From NCBI GenBank assembly GCA_019358915.1, contig JAHHIM010000055.1, forward strand, positions 256,001-320,000: a stretch of DNA of 64,000 nt. The letters run 5' to 3'. The notes under the pieces are model-generated. The model was not told the DNA's origin and did no database searches. It saw only the letters and a list, made by a program, of their open reading frames with translations. Positions 52,280-62,968 of the stretch are shown piece by piece. Made by a program: the position numbers and the translations under genes. Origin of the DNA: Trichormus sp. ATA11-4-KO1. GTDB taxonomy: Bacteria; Cyanobacteriota; Cyanobacteriia; Cyanobacteriales; Nostocaceae. Numbering within the stretch: the first letter of the stretch is position 1; each line of letters begins with the position of its first letter.

Positions 52280-53854
52280 ATGAATACAGCTAATTTCCCG
52301 TGGCTGACGACGATTATTTTGTTACCGATAGCCGCGTCGCTACTGATTCCCATCATCCCAGATAAAGACGGCAAAACAGTGCGCTGGTATTCCCTGATTG
52401 TAGGGTTAATAGATTTTGCACTAATTGTTTACGCTTTTTATACTGGTTACGATTTTTCCAATCCAGATTTGCAGCTAGTGGAGAGTTACCCTTGGGTACC
52501 ACAACTGGATTTGAATTGGTCGGTAGGGGCAGATGGCTTGTCTATGCCCCTGATTATTTTGACTGGATTTATTACCACGCTGGCGATTTTAGCAGCTTGG
52601 CCGGTGACGCTCAAACCCCGGCTATTTTATTTCTTGATTCTGGCAATGTATGGCGGTCAGATTGCCGTGTTTGCTGTCCAGGATATGCTGTTATTTTTCC
52701 TGGTGTGGGAACTGGAACTGGTACCGATATACTTTCTACTGTCGATTTGGGGAGGTAAAAAGCGGCAATACGCAGCAACCAAATTTATTTTATACACTGC
52801 TGGTGGGTCGCTGTTTATTTTGCTGTCTGCCCTGACCATGGGATTTTACGGCGATACGGTGACTTTCGATATGCGATCGCTCGCCCTGAAAGATTTCGCC
52901 TTAAACTTTCAACTTTTGCTTTATGCTGGGTTCTTGATCGCCTATGCCGTCAAATTGCCGATCATACCCTTGCATACTTGGCTACCTGATGCCCACGGTG
53001 AAGCTACAGCCCCTGTGCATATGTTACTAGCAGGCATTCTGCTGAAAATGGGCGGTTATGCCTTAATTCGCATGAATGCCCAAATGCTTCCCGATGCTCA
53101 TGCTTATTTTGCACCTGTGTTGGTGGTTTTGGGGGTAGTTAATATCATCTACGCCGCCCTGACATCTTTTGCCCAGCGTAACCTCAAACGAAAAATTGCT
53201 TACTCCTCGATTTCCCACATGGGTTTTGTCACTATTGGGATTGCCTCGTTCACAGATTTGGGATTGAGTGGGGCAGTACTGCAAATGGTTTCCCACGGGT
53301 TAATTGGGGCGAGTTTATTCTTCCTTGTAGGCGCGACTTATGACCGGACACACACCCTGATGTTGGATGAAATGGGCGGTGTCGGCAAGAGGATGAAAAA
53401 GATTTTTGCTATGTTTACCGCTTGTTCAATGGCTTCTTTGGCATTGCCAGGTATGAGTGGTTTTGTAGCAGAGTTAATGGTGTTTGTTGGCTTTGCTACC
53501 AGCGATGCTTATAGCTCCACCTTTAAAGTTATTGTCGTGTTCTTAATGGCAGTTGGGGTAATTTTAACTCCGATTTATTTGCTGTCTATGTTGCGGGAAA
53601 TCTTCTACGGTGAAGAAAACAAAGAATTAGTTTCCCATCAGGCCTTGATAGATGCAGAACCCCGTGAAGTTTTTATCATTGCTTGTTTGTTGGTGCCAAT
53701 TATTGGTATTGGTTTCTATCCCAAGTTACTGACTCAAATGTATGACGCAACAACAGTGCAGTTAACGGCACGACTACGTGATTCTGTGCCGACTTTAGCA
53801 CAGCAAAAAGAAGCACCAAAGGTTTCTTTTAGTGCCCCAGAAATTGCTAATTAG
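52280..53854 (+). CDS. ndhD1: NDH-1 subunit 4 (NdhD1)
   Basis: [27 protein letters not shown]; follows ndhF1. Confidence 0.95.
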   Translation: MNTANFPWLTTIILLPIAASLLIPIIPDKDGKTVRWYSLIVGLIDFALIVYAFYTGYDFSNPDLQLVESYPWVPQLDLNWSVGADGLSMPLIILTGFITTLAILAAWPVTLKPRLFYFLILAMYGGQIAVFAVQDMLLFFLVWELELVPIYFLLSIWGGKKRQYAATKFILYTAGGSLFILLSALTMGFYGDTVTFDMRSLALKDFALNFQLLLYAGFLIAYAVKLPIIPLHTWLPDAHGEATAPVHMLLAGILLKMGGYALIRMNAQMLPDAHAYFAPVLVVLGVVNIIYAALTSFAQRNLKRKIAYSSISHMGFVTIGIASFTDLGLSGAVLQMVSHGLIGASLFFLVGATYDRTHTLMLDEMGGVGKRMKKIFAMFTACSMASLALPGMSGFVAELMVFVGFATSDAYSSTFKVIVVFLMAVGVILTPIYLLSMLREIFYGEENKELVSHQALIDAEPREVFIIACLLVPIIGIGFYPKLLTQMYDATTVQLTARLRDSVPTLAQQKEAPKVSFSAPEIAN

Positions 53855-53888
53855 GTAGCGATTGATAGTTTAAATTAATATTACTTTT

Positions 53889-53917
53889 AGGGTGGGTTTT
53901 GTGCCCGCTCTTTTTTT
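53889..53917 (+). terminator. Terminator after ndhD1
   Basis: AGGGTGGG/CCCGCTCT stem with G-U pairs plus a T run. Confidence 0.65.
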
Positions 53918-53924
53918 GTAAATT

Positions 53925-54371
53925 TTACAAAATATCTCGTAACTTTCTTCTCTCTGCATCCTCAGCGTCTCTGCGGTTCGTTTCCAACCAATGGAGAATT
54001 TCACTAGATAGTTCCTGTTTCGTTCTACTACTCACATCAATACAAACGTGCCTAGTAATTGCCTTAGCAACCACCACATTAGCTATTATTATTTCATAAG
54101 TAATTTCAAACTTATTAATACTTAGTTGTTGGGGAATTAAACTAATCACCAAATTGTCCCCACAGAACATTGGCCGAAAAAAATCCACATTAGCATGAAT
54201 AATAGGAAAAGCTACAGATGGATTAGTAAAAAAATCTTTGCGATTAATACCCGATGATGCTAGGGATTCTTCATAAGCTTCATGACAAATACCTAAAACA
54301 TTAGCAAAATAAACTACTCCAGCAGCATCTGTATCTTGAAAATAAACAGTACGGTTATAAGTAAAAGACAT
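53925..54371 (-). CDS. Hotdog thioesterase, probable 1,4-dihydroxy-2-naphthoyl-CoA hydrolase
   Basis: [20 protein letters not shown] motif. Confidence 0.85.
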   Translation of the reverse strand: MSFTYNRTVYFQDTDAAGVVYFANVLGICHEAYEESLASSGINRKDFFTNPSVAFPIIHANVDFFRPMFCGDNLVISLIPQQLSINKFEITYEIIIANVVVAKAITRHVCIDVSSRTKQELSSEILHWLETNRRDAEDAERRKLRDIL

Positions 54372-54408
54372 TTATTAAAAAAATTAAAAAATAGACAATT
54401 GGGCAAAT

Positions 54409-54537
54409 AGAATAAAGCCTCCAGCACGTTATGGCTAAAGCCACGCTTGATAACACACGCTTGATGAAACAGCTATGCTTATTGCTTATTGTCTGTGTAG
54501 CCGCGTACAGCCTAGCGGCATCCGGAGGCTCTTTTCT
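54409..54537. repeat. Small dispersed repeat related to 3901-4012
   Basis: Imperfect inverted ends AGAATAAAGCCTCC/GGAGGCTCTTTTCT; shared 37-bp block. Confidence 0.75.
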
Positions 54538-54578
54538 CATCGTCAGGGCTGAGTAAGATTTTACTTTACTAACTAATT

Positions 54579-55667
54579 TTATTTTAAAGGTTGGTATATA
54601 TCCTCAGAACTGGGGTTGAGGTAGGGACGCTGCAAATCAATGAAATGACGTGCAAAGTGTTGGTCAATCACCCTCATCCGCTCTTCCATTGCATTCTTAC
54701 CTTTTTGCCAAGCTTCCAACAAAGCATTAGCGACAATTTGGCAACGGTTCATGCCAAAACTTTCCTGTGCCGCAAATTTTTGGGTTGGTTCTTCGGCTAA
54801 ACCTAGCCCTGGTGCTAAAAACTTGGTGAACAGAGGTATTTCTACTCGAAAATGAGATTGATGCTCATGATAAACAGCCTGAAGGATTTTGCGAATTGCT
54901 GGATAGTCCTGGCGTTCAAAGTAGAGTAATCCTGAGTCATAGCGTCCGTATGCAGCAGGATTGTAAAGAACCTGAAAAGTGAAAGGAATGTTAGCTGCAT
55001 TTAGGTGCTGCGTCAGTCCATCCATGAGGGCGATCGCACCAGATGATGTGAAATTAAAATAGATTCTTCCTGTGCCCAAATCAGCATCTGGGTTACCCTG
55101 CTTTTCCTGTCCCACATTGCTTACTGCTAAGTAACAGCCTTTTTGCAGGCGATTTTTAGGCATCCAAATAGCTACTGATTCCCCTACTTTGGCAGATTTT
55201 TGACCAGGTTTAAGATGACATTCAGGCTCAATATACAATGTCAAACCACCTTTAGTTACTGCCATACTCCCATCTGGTTCTAGACGCAATACCTGCCAAC
55301 TAGGGTCAAAATAACCTGTACCATAATTGCTAGCTTGTAGTTGTTCGTAAAATTCCCAATCGACATCCAAAACAGAATTATTTTCTACATTTTGGTATGG
55401 CGAGCAATTAGCAGTTTGGGTATTGACTGCTAAAACGCTTTGCAAAGAACCATTGTAATAGATACCGTAAAGGAAATTTCGCAGTAGTAAGGTGAGATAT
55501 TTATGCTGTAGTGCCGCAGAATTTTGCTGAAATCTGTCTGCTACTTTAGTCGGCAGAGCAAAAGGTTGATAATTGGGATGGTAAATACAAAAGTTTGACT
55601 CGATCTGGATATTACCAGCAATGTCGAGCAGGGAAGTTAGCAGTGGATTGGTAGAAGAATCTAGCAT
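54579..55667 (-). CDS. HopA1-domain protein (LanY/TvaD-like phospho-Ser/Thr lyase candidate)
   Basis: RIYFN, GRYDSGLLY, LAPGLGLAEEP, ESFGMNRC motifs. Confidence 0.85.
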   Translation of the reverse strand: MLDSSTNPLLTSLLDIAGNIQIESNFCIYHPNYQPFALPTKVADRFQQNSAALQHKYLTLLLRNFLYGIYYNGSLQSVLAVNTQTANCSPYQNVENNSVLDVDWEFYEQLQASNYGTGYFDPSWQVLRLEPDGSMAVTKGGLTLYIEPECHLKPGQKSAKVGESVAIWMPKNRLQKGCYLAVSNVGQEKQGNPDADLGTGRIYFNFTSSGAIALMDGLTQHLNAANIPFTFQVLYNPAAYGRYDSGLLYFERQDYPAIRKILQAVYHEHQSHFRVEIPLFTKFLAPGLGLAEEPTQKFAAQESFGMNRCQIVANALLEAWQKGKNAMEERMRVIDQHFARHFIDLQRPYLNPSSEDIYQPLK

Positions 55668-55728
55668 TTATCAAAATTTACAATTAATCATTAGAATTAA
55701 ACAAACACTGCGCCACAACTTTCCTGGC

Positions 55729-56967
55729 TTAACAACCCCGCAGACGAGTTTTTTCGTAGTATAGACGAATTAATTGCTGCTCTTTTTCTGGTTGTGGGAG
55801 TTTATGGATTTTTACCAAAGGGTTGAGAATTTCTGACTCAGAAACACCAAAGATACTTAATACAGATATTTCGGGTATAGTGAGTAGATTTTTAGCAATC
55901 TGAAGCATACAAATGTCAGCATTACTAAAATATTTGCGACAGGTAATCGTTTCTTGAATTTGATGAATCAGTGCTAGACCTGTAAACTGAATTACCCGCA
56001 CCAGAAAGTCACTACGGTACTCCAAAATCATGGGAAAGGCATTGAGATAAGCCCGAATTAAAGCTAATAATGAAGGTTGAAGCAGCTCTAGGGGTGTCAT
56101 TGCTAGACACAAAGATTCTTCTATCTCAATGGCGGGATCTACTACAAGGCTAGAAAGCCAAACCCCTAAATAACTTGCTATGAGAGTTCCCAAATCAAAA
56201 GCTGGATCTCCCCAAGCACATGCTTCCCAATCAATCAAACGCACCAAGCAATTGTCTAGTTGATGCCAACGAGAATGAATTAAAATGTTATTTAATTTCA
56301 GGTCGTTGTGAGTCAAGCAGCAAGGTTGCCATTCATATGCCAAATCAGCGATCGCAGATTCTAAACTCTCATAACGCTGATAAAGTACGTAGAATTTCAG
56401 CGCCTCAGTGGGAACTGTACCAAAAATCTCTGGGCTAATTGAGCCGATCCCTTGTGCCGGATTATAAAAGCTATAGCGAAACTGTCCTTGTGGCGCAGTT
56501 GCCATAAAGTTACGATATTCTCGGTGTTGGAAGGTGGCACGATGTAGTCCTGCTAAGGTACTGCCAATGGCTGTAGCAATCTCTGCTGGGAAAACATTGT
56601 TGTGGTGATAGAATCCACCCAAATCCAAATATTCGCTTAAATAGTTGCGGACAAGGATAGAATTTTCCTCGTCAAAATTTAGTACTAATGGTGCGATCGC
56701 CGAAATGTTGCCTAGAACTGGAAACTGCTGAAGCAATTGGTGAAACAGCCACTCATTAAAAAACTCATAAGGGGTTTCATTATTCTCAATATTACGTTTT
56801 TGTTTAACCAGCAGTTTGCGATTACCTGCTAGAGTCACCAGTAAATTGAAATTATTCTTGCTACTTTCCAGCAACTCATATTCGTGTGATGCTCCATCTT
56901 CTGAGCTACACAGACCTGTCTCTTGCAGATACTGGATAACGTTGTGAGAAGACAGTGGTAATAACAT
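55729..56967 (-). CDS. Aminoglycoside phosphotransferase-like kinase (LanK/TvaC-like)
   Basis: LLVKQ, HNDLKLNNIL, LIDWE..WGDPAFDLG. Confidence 0.87.
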   Translation of the reverse strand: MLLPLSSHNVIQYLQETGLCSSEDGASHEYELLESSKNNFNLLVTLAGNRKLLVKQKRNIENNETPYEFFNEWLFHQLLQQFPVLGNISAIAPLVLNFDEENSILVRNYLSEYLDLGGFYHHNNVFPAEIATAIGSTLAGLHRATFQHREYRNFMATAPQGQFRYSFYNPAQGIGSISPEIFGTVPTEALKFYVLYQRYESLESAIADLAYEWQPCCLTHNDLKLNNILIHSRWHQLDNCLVRLIDWEACAWGDPAFDLGTLIASYLGVWLSSLVVDPAIEIEESLCLAMTPLELLQPSLLALIRAYLNAFPMILEYRSDFLVRVIQFTGLALIHQIQETITCRKYFSNADICMLQIAKNLLTIPEISVLSIFGVSESEILNPLVKIHKLPQPEKEQQLIRLYYEKTRLRGC

Positions 56968-58223
56968 GTATTATGTCCTACTTCGTAAAATTGCTGAGAA
57001 AATCACCATTATTTGAGATTGATTTAGCTTTAGCAGTTTTGGTAGACAGCAACAAGTGGGCGAATGTCAATTACGTTTACTCCAATCTATTCATATCTCA
57101 TTTGTCAGATAAAAACCTGCCAAGATGGCAAGATCAGTTTGATTTTTACTTTAAATTCTGCGGCTAATCACATCAAATCTTTAAACTTAATTTATTCACT
57201 TACTTCGAGATATTTGGAGTTTTTTAGTTGGGGCATTTTACAGATTGCTATCTCATATTTTTGAGTAATTAAGAATAGTTTATCTTTCTGTTAGGTTATA
57301 TTTATAACTTAGGGTTATCAGTATCAAGTAAAAAGCTGAATGCATAACTATTGTTAGCAAATAAGCTGTATACAAGATAGTTTTACCTGGGAATCTAGGT
57401 TACTGTTAGTTATCCTTGATATAAATTTTGGTAGTTTACGCAACATTGTTTTTTATCTTGATCAAGAACAATTGAACTACAAAGTTTAACTGTTTTTTAG
57501 ATTCAGCAAGCTTGCTTCATTAGCTAAATAAACAGCAAAAAACTACCTAGATATAACTGTTCTGGGATGCTAAATATTCGTTACTCTTGATAGAATGTTA
57601 ATAAATGCAGTATGATTAACAATTCAGATCATTTTGAGTAAGGCTTCCCATTAGCCAAAGATATTCTCGACGAGTAGGGGAGAATTTCTGAAAGCCTCAA
57701 CACCGTAAAAAATACACACAACCTTATTTTTATTTATCATCACAACTTCAAAAAAACCGGATGTTTTAGGCAAGAAAATATTAATTTTTTTTGATTAGAT
57801 ATTAATGATTTATACTTATAGCCTCGCTAGCATGTCACTGGGAATACCCACATTATGTAAGCAGGTTGTAGCCAGCAAATTACAGCTTTCCCTCAGGAGG
57901 CTTTAGCTGAGGACTTCCACATAAAAAACTTTCTGTTGCTGTGGAAGCAAGGGATGCAGAGCTAAATGAGTCACGAACAATAAAAATGCCCAACTTCTTG
58001 TAGACAACCCGTAGGGTAGAAGTCAGGTGTCTGAGCCTCTGGCTATTTGCCAATCACATAGGATTGCTATAGTAATTTGTGATACACAGGCTTCTTTCAT
58101 CGCTTGTGATGTGACAAAGCTAACGCTATGGTAATATAAATGTACTATAAAAGTTCAGCAAAAACTGGGAGGGTGATCTATGAAATAACTGTAAGAGGAT
58201 AATTGTGATCTTTTGGTAACTAG

Positions 58224-58526
58224 TTAATTCAGCATTAAAGTCAGTGCCAACATACCCAAAATCACCATCAATCCCGCAGGCATAAATTTACGTGTTTTAG
58301 CTAATCTAAACGTAAAGAAAAGGACTAAAATAGCCGTAACTAAAACTGCTAAAGTCAAAGCCCAGGCTTGACCTTGGAGTTGAAAGTAAGCGGCAAAAAT
58401 TAGTAGTAAACCGCTAACCATACCACTTAGAAGCGAAACTTGACTCTTAGCCTGAATGTAGCCGATGATGCCACCAATAATCGCTAAAATACCGTAGGTA
58501 AGAGCAGCAGTAATACTTAAATTCAT
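58224..58526 (-). CDS. TMEM14 family small membrane protein
   Basis: GGIIGY..KS.VSL.SG, KTRKFMPAG. Confidence 0.9.
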   Translation of the reverse strand: MNLSITAALTYGILAIIGGIIGYIQAKSQVSLLSGMVSGLLLIFAAYFQLQGQAWALTLAVLVTAILVLFFTFRLAKTRKFMPAGLMVILGMLALTLMLN

Positions 58527-58610
58527 TGTTAAAACCTATGTAGATTTTGATTTTGCTACCAGGGTCAGCAGACAATTTACCATAGCTGTTTAGCTACATC
58601 ACCCAGTTGA

Positions 58611-59966
58611 TTGATGGATAATCAAGCGATGCCAACAGCAAGTAGTTCATCTTATAGCCATACCCAGATTCAATTTCTTCAGCGTCAAGCAGCCTCACTA
58701 TTACTGTACCAATCCGTCCTCCAGAGTGAAGTGGGGATCGCATTTCTTGACCTGTTGCAAGCGATACGTTACACTGATGCCGATGCACGGGGTTGCCTCC
58801 AAGCCTATGGATATTACTTTTACGCCTTAGCTGCTAGAAATCAAAATTGGGAAGAGCACCTAATTACTCAAATTCTCGTCTCTGAGAATCCTTTTAGCAG
58901 GCTTGCTCAACAGCAAGATTTTGAGGATTTACCCCTGGCTTTATTAGCAGCCACTGAGCATGATTTACAGGTGTTGCAAAGTCTCTATGAATGTAGCAGT
59001 GCTTCTTTGAGTGAGTGGGTACAAACTGTAGCTCATTTGCCAGTTTCGCCTGTTGTGTGGTATGAAGAGCAAAATCTCAAGATAGAGACAAAGTTAATCA
59101 TGTCTCTACAAAAGTTAGAAAATTGGGCTGATGCTGTAGAAGAGTTGGCAGCTTATTATCGGCAATTTGGCACAGGTTTATTTGCACAATATCATGCCTT
59201 GCGCTGGCAAGATGGGAAGTTTGTTGGCATCCGGTATCATGATCCAGTCAGGCTAGATACTCTAGTCGGTTACGAGTCTCAGCAAGATACTTTAATCAAA
59301 AATACAGAGTTTTTATTATCAGGAGAGGTGGCACTGCACATATTACTTTACGGTAGTCGGGGATCGGGAAAATCTTCTTTAGTCAAAGCTTTATTGAATG
59401 AGTATGGCGATCGCCACCTCCGCTTATTGGAAGTGACAAAATCTGACTTGCAGGATCTACCAAAAATTGTGGAACAGCTGCGAGGAGTACCACAAAAATT
59501 TATTATCTTCGTTGATGATCTTTCCTTTGAAGAAGATGATGATGCTTTTAAAGCCCTAAAAGTAGTTTTAGAAGGTAATTTAACGGCGCGGCCACACAAC
59601 GTAGTCGTATACGCCACTTCCAATCGTCGCCACTTGATTCGCGAATTTTTTGCCGATAGACCCACTCCCAAAGATCACGAAGAAATCCATGCCTGGGATA
59701 CGATGCAGGAGAAACTTTCGTTTAGCGATCGCTTTGGTCTTACCTTAACTTTTGAAGCAGCCGATCAGAAAACTTATTTAAAAATTGTCCGACATCTAGC
59801 AGCACAAGCCAAAATTAATATTAGCCAGGACGATTTAGAATATCAAGCATTACAGTGGGCAACTCGTCACAATGGTCGTTCCGGACGCACAGCCCAGCAG
59901 TTCGTGGATTTTCTCAAAGCAGATTTTGCATTTAATAATGCAAATAAAAAATCATCCCACACGTAG
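58611..59966 (+). CDS. DUF815 family AAA+ ATPase
   Basis: GSRGSGKSS, IIFVDDLSF, YATSNRRHL, SDRFGL, GRSGRTA. Confidence 0.92.
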   Translation: MMDNQAMPTASSSSYSHTQIQFLQRQAASLLLYQSVLQSEVGIAFLDLLQAIRYTDADARGCLQAYGYYFYALAARNQNWEEHLITQILVSENPFSRLAQQQDFEDLPLALLAATEHDLQVLQSLYECSSASLSEWVQTVAHLPVSPVVWYEEQNLKIETKLIMSLQKLENWADAVEELAAYYRQFGTGLFAQYHALRWQDGKFVGIRYHDPVRLDTLVGYESQQDTLIKNTEFLLSGEVALHILLYGSRGSGKSSLVKALLNEYGDRHLRLLEVTKSDLQDLPKIVEQLRGVPQKFIIFVDDLSFEEDDDAFKALKVVLEGNLTARPHNVVVYATSNRRHLIREFFADRPTPKDHEEIHAWDTMQEKLSFSDRFGLTLTFEAADQKTYLKIVRHLAAQAKINISQDDLEYQALQWATRHNGRSGRTAQQFVDFLKADFAFNNANKKSSHT

Positions 59967-60071
59967 TTGTGAAATCAATTTACTAGTGATGTTTATTTTC
60001 GATTACTTACAGAAAACTATTATGTATAAATACTTACAACTGAATATTTCAGAACAACAGTGTGAGAATTA

Positions 60072-61412
60072 ATGAACTTAAGAACTACTTATTTCGATAA
60101 CTCAACTACGCTAAAAAAAACCAATATGCAATCAGCAATGGTCAGCAATCGATATATTTTAGGCATAGTTGCCTTTAGTGTAAGTTTTGGTATTAGTCTC
60201 GTCCCCAACTGGGATTTTAATCAAGCCTTGATCACAGGCATAATTACTACACTTGCTACTTACGCAGCAGCATTGTTTATAGATAAGCGTCGCAGAAACT
60301 ATGAATTGCTTGTTTTAGGTTCACTCCGCAAGCGAATCAAAGATATGGAAGGATTAAAGTCTCGTATTGTCAAAGAAATCAACCAAATAGAAGAGCATCG
60401 CAATTTATTATACGCAGAAGCAAGAAAACTGGAAAATCAAATTTTAGAATGTCGTAATCAACGAGATATTCTCCATCGAGACTTAGGCACATTTGCTGGA
60501 CAAAAAAAGCAGTTAGAAGCCGAAACCATTAGCCTGAATACCGAAATTGCTACGCTAGCACAAAGTAAAGCAGAACTGGATCATTCTTTCTCTCACCTCA
60601 CAGGAGAGAAACGCCGTCTGGAGTTGCAGTGTAATGTATGCCGCTCGGAAATTGCTCAATTGCAAAATCAAATTTGTGAACTGCAACAAGAAAAACAAGA
60701 ACTTGAAAGTAGTTTAACTCTGTTAGGTAGACTCAAACCTCAATTGGAAGAAAAAATGTATGAATTACGAATCAATATTCAAGAAATAGAAACCGAGGTC
60801 AATCAGCAAAATAAATTATTGGTATCCACGAAGTATGAAACAGAAAATTTAGCAGATAATCTCAAGAAATTACAAACTCAAATAACAGAAAAAGAATCAG
60901 AATTAAAACAGATAGAAAGTCAAGTTTCGTTGTTGCAAGATGAACGAGACTTGTTACAAAACCAAGTATGGGAATTACTTCAACAAACAGAAACACTCAA
61001 TCCAGAACTGCTGCCTGAAAATTTGCACGAAGATGAAAACGAATCGTTTCCTTTTTCAGAATTAGTTGACCCCTTAGAATCAATAGGCACGACATCTAAT
61101 ATATCTAGTTTTTTACCTGAGGAATGGAATGAGTTTTTGGCAAAACTACCAAGGCATGAAATTCAGGTATTAAAAGCCATTGTAGAGCAAGATCATCCCC
61201 AGGCAATTATTAAACAAATTGCCGAAGCAAATATTACCATGCCAAATCTATTAATTGATTCTATAAATGAACGCGCCAATGATACTATTGGTGAATTAAT
61301 TATTGCATCTAATTTGGAAATTCCAGAAGTATATCAAGAGCATGTAGTCAACGTCAGAAAAATGCTGGCTATGCATCAAGATATCATAATTAGACAAGCC
61401 TCATCAAATTAA
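60072..61412 (+). CDS. Two-TM, long coiled-coil protein with TerB-C-like C-terminal domain
   Basis: Two hydrophobic segments, about 240 aa of heptads, C-terminal MPNLLIDSINERANDTIGELII; start may be 60126. Confidence 0.75.
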   Translation: MNLRTTYFDNSTTLKKTNMQSAMVSNRYILGIVAFSVSFGISLVPNWDFNQALITGIITTLATYAAALFIDKRRRNYELLVLGSLRKRIKDMEGLKSRIVKEINQIEEHRNLLYAEARKLENQILECRNQRDILHRDLGTFAGQKKQLEAETISLNTEIATLAQSKAELDHSFSHLTGEKRRLELQCNVCRSEIAQLQNQICELQQEKQELESSLTLLGRLKPQLEEKMYELRINIQEIETEVNQQNKLLVSTKYETENLADNLKKLQTQITEKESELKQIESQVSLLQDERDLLQNQVWELLQQTETLNPELLPENLHEDENESFPFSELVDPLESIGTTSNISSFLPEEWNEFLAKLPRHEIQVLKAIVEQDHPQAIIKQIAEANITMPNLLIDSINERANDTIGELIIASNLEIPEVYQEHVVNVRKMLAMHQDIIIRQASSN

Positions 61413-61489
61413 AATTATTTAGTAATTAGGTGTATATCCAATCTACTGAATATATGCCTCTGCATTAAAAATCCAATGAAGTAAATTAC

Positions 61490-62815
61490 ATGCCTAAGCT
61501 CAAAATCTCGAAAAAAATTTCCACTGCTTTAATTAAATCCTTAGGCGCAGGAGTAGTACCGAGGATAGGAGTTGAGCATATTGCAGTTGGTCGAGAACAA
61601 GAACTTAAAAGCCTATTACAAAATCTTGATGAGATAGCAGAAGGTGTAGCAGCATTTCGCTTTATAATTGGTAACTATGGCTCAGGCAAAAGCTTCATTC
61701 TACAACTAGTCCGTAACCGAGCGATGGAGCAAGGTTTTGTTGTGGCTGATGCTGATTTATCTTCTGAACGCCGATTAGCCGGAACCAACAATGAAGGTTT
61801 AGCAACTTATCGAGAATTAATGAGCCACCTGGCTACAAAAACTCGCCCTGACGGTGGTGCTTTAGTTGCAATTTTGGAAGGTTGGATTAATAAAATTCAA
61901 CAAGAAGTAGTGAAAGAAACAAACTTGCGCCCCAATGACGATGGTTTCGATGACCAAGTTGAAGCAAAAATTAGGGAAGTTGTTCAGTATATTGAAGATT
62001 TAGTGCATGGCTTTGATTTTGGCAGTGTTATCATTGCTTACTGGCGTGGCTATCGGTTGGATAATGATGATTTAAAAAATGCGGCTATGCGTTGGTTACG
62101 TGGAGAATTCAGCACTAAGATTGAGGCCAAAGCAGCATTAGGAGTACGCGTTATTATTGATGATGATAGTTGGTATGACTATATCAAGCTATTTGCTAAG
62201 TTTATAGCAGAGATTGGCTATAAAGGACTCTTAGTTTTAGTTGATGAAGCCGTAAATTTATATCAAATATCCACTACAGTAACGCGTGAAAAGAATTATA
62301 ACAGATTACTAGCAATGTTTAATGACACCATGCAATGCAAAGCTGAACATCTTGGCATTTTCATCGGTGGAACAACCAAATTTTTAGAAGACCCCAACCG
62401 GGGACTGTTTGCAGATCAGGCGTGGCGAAGACGTACAAAAGAAAGCCGTTTTGTCACACAGTCTGGTCTTCAGGAATATTTGGGGCCAGTCATTAGGTTG
62501 AACCCGTTGAGTGAAGCAGAAATCCTCACACTGCTGCAAAACTTAACTGAAATTCATGCACTCAATTTCAGTTATGAAAAGACTTTAACGAATCGTGAGT
62601 TGCAACAATTTGTACAAGAAATCGTCAATCGCTTAGGTGCAGAAGCATTACTCACACCAGGGGAAATCGTTCGTGATTTTATTAGTGTGCTGAATATTCT
62701 CCAGCAAAATCCAGGAATTGCTTTTAGTGAACTAATTCATGATTCTCAATTTAAACCTACAGCTATGAGGAAGGATATAGATGAGGATGATAATGCAGCA
62801 GAATTTAGCTTGTGA
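61490..62815 (+). CDS. DUF2791/BrxD-like P-loop ATPase
   Basis: SL.AGVVPRIG..IAVGR, GNYGSGKS, RWLRGE, LVLVDEA. Confidence 0.9.
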   Translation: MPKLKISKKISTALIKSLGAGVVPRIGVEHIAVGREQELKSLLQNLDEIAEGVAAFRFIIGNYGSGKSFILQLVRNRAMEQGFVVADADLSSERRLAGTNNEGLATYRELMSHLATKTRPDGGALVAILEGWINKIQQEVVKETNLRPNDDGFDDQVEAKIREVVQYIEDLVHGFDFGSVIIAYWRGYRLDNDDLKNAAMRWLRGEFSTKIEAKAALGVRVIIDDDSWYDYIKLFAKFIAEIGYKGLLVLVDEAVNLYQISTTVTREKNYNRLLAMFNDTMQCKAEHLGIFIGGTTKFLEDPNRGLFADQAWRRRTKESRFVTQSGLQEYLGPVIRLNPLSEAEILTLLQNLTEIHALNFSYEKTLTNRELQQFVQEIVNRLGAEALLTPGEIVRDFISVLNILQQNPGIAFSELIHDSQFKPTAMRKDIDEDDNAAEFSL

Positions 62816-62968
62816 TTAAGTAGCATTAATAAACGAACCGCAAAGGACACAAAGATCACAAAGTAATAAGAAAAATTAAGAATGAGTTCAACTATCAAAA
62901 TTAGATTGATTTTTTGTTTTTTAAGTAAGCTAATAGACTCAATATTTTAAGACAGTTTAATTAACAGC

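Noticed and set aside
54355..54540. 61-aa Cys/Ser/Thr-containing ORF downstream of the HopA1 gene as a RiPP precursor
   Set aside because: It is read from a dispersed repeat also present at 3905-3941 and has no leader motif
56955..57264. Two short plus-strand ORFs near the kinase as precursors
   Set aside because: Opposite strand, AT-rich composition, no leader or core pattern
1156..59671. Numerous antisense or nested short ORFs inside core genes
   Set aside because: Shadow frames of well-supported CDSs
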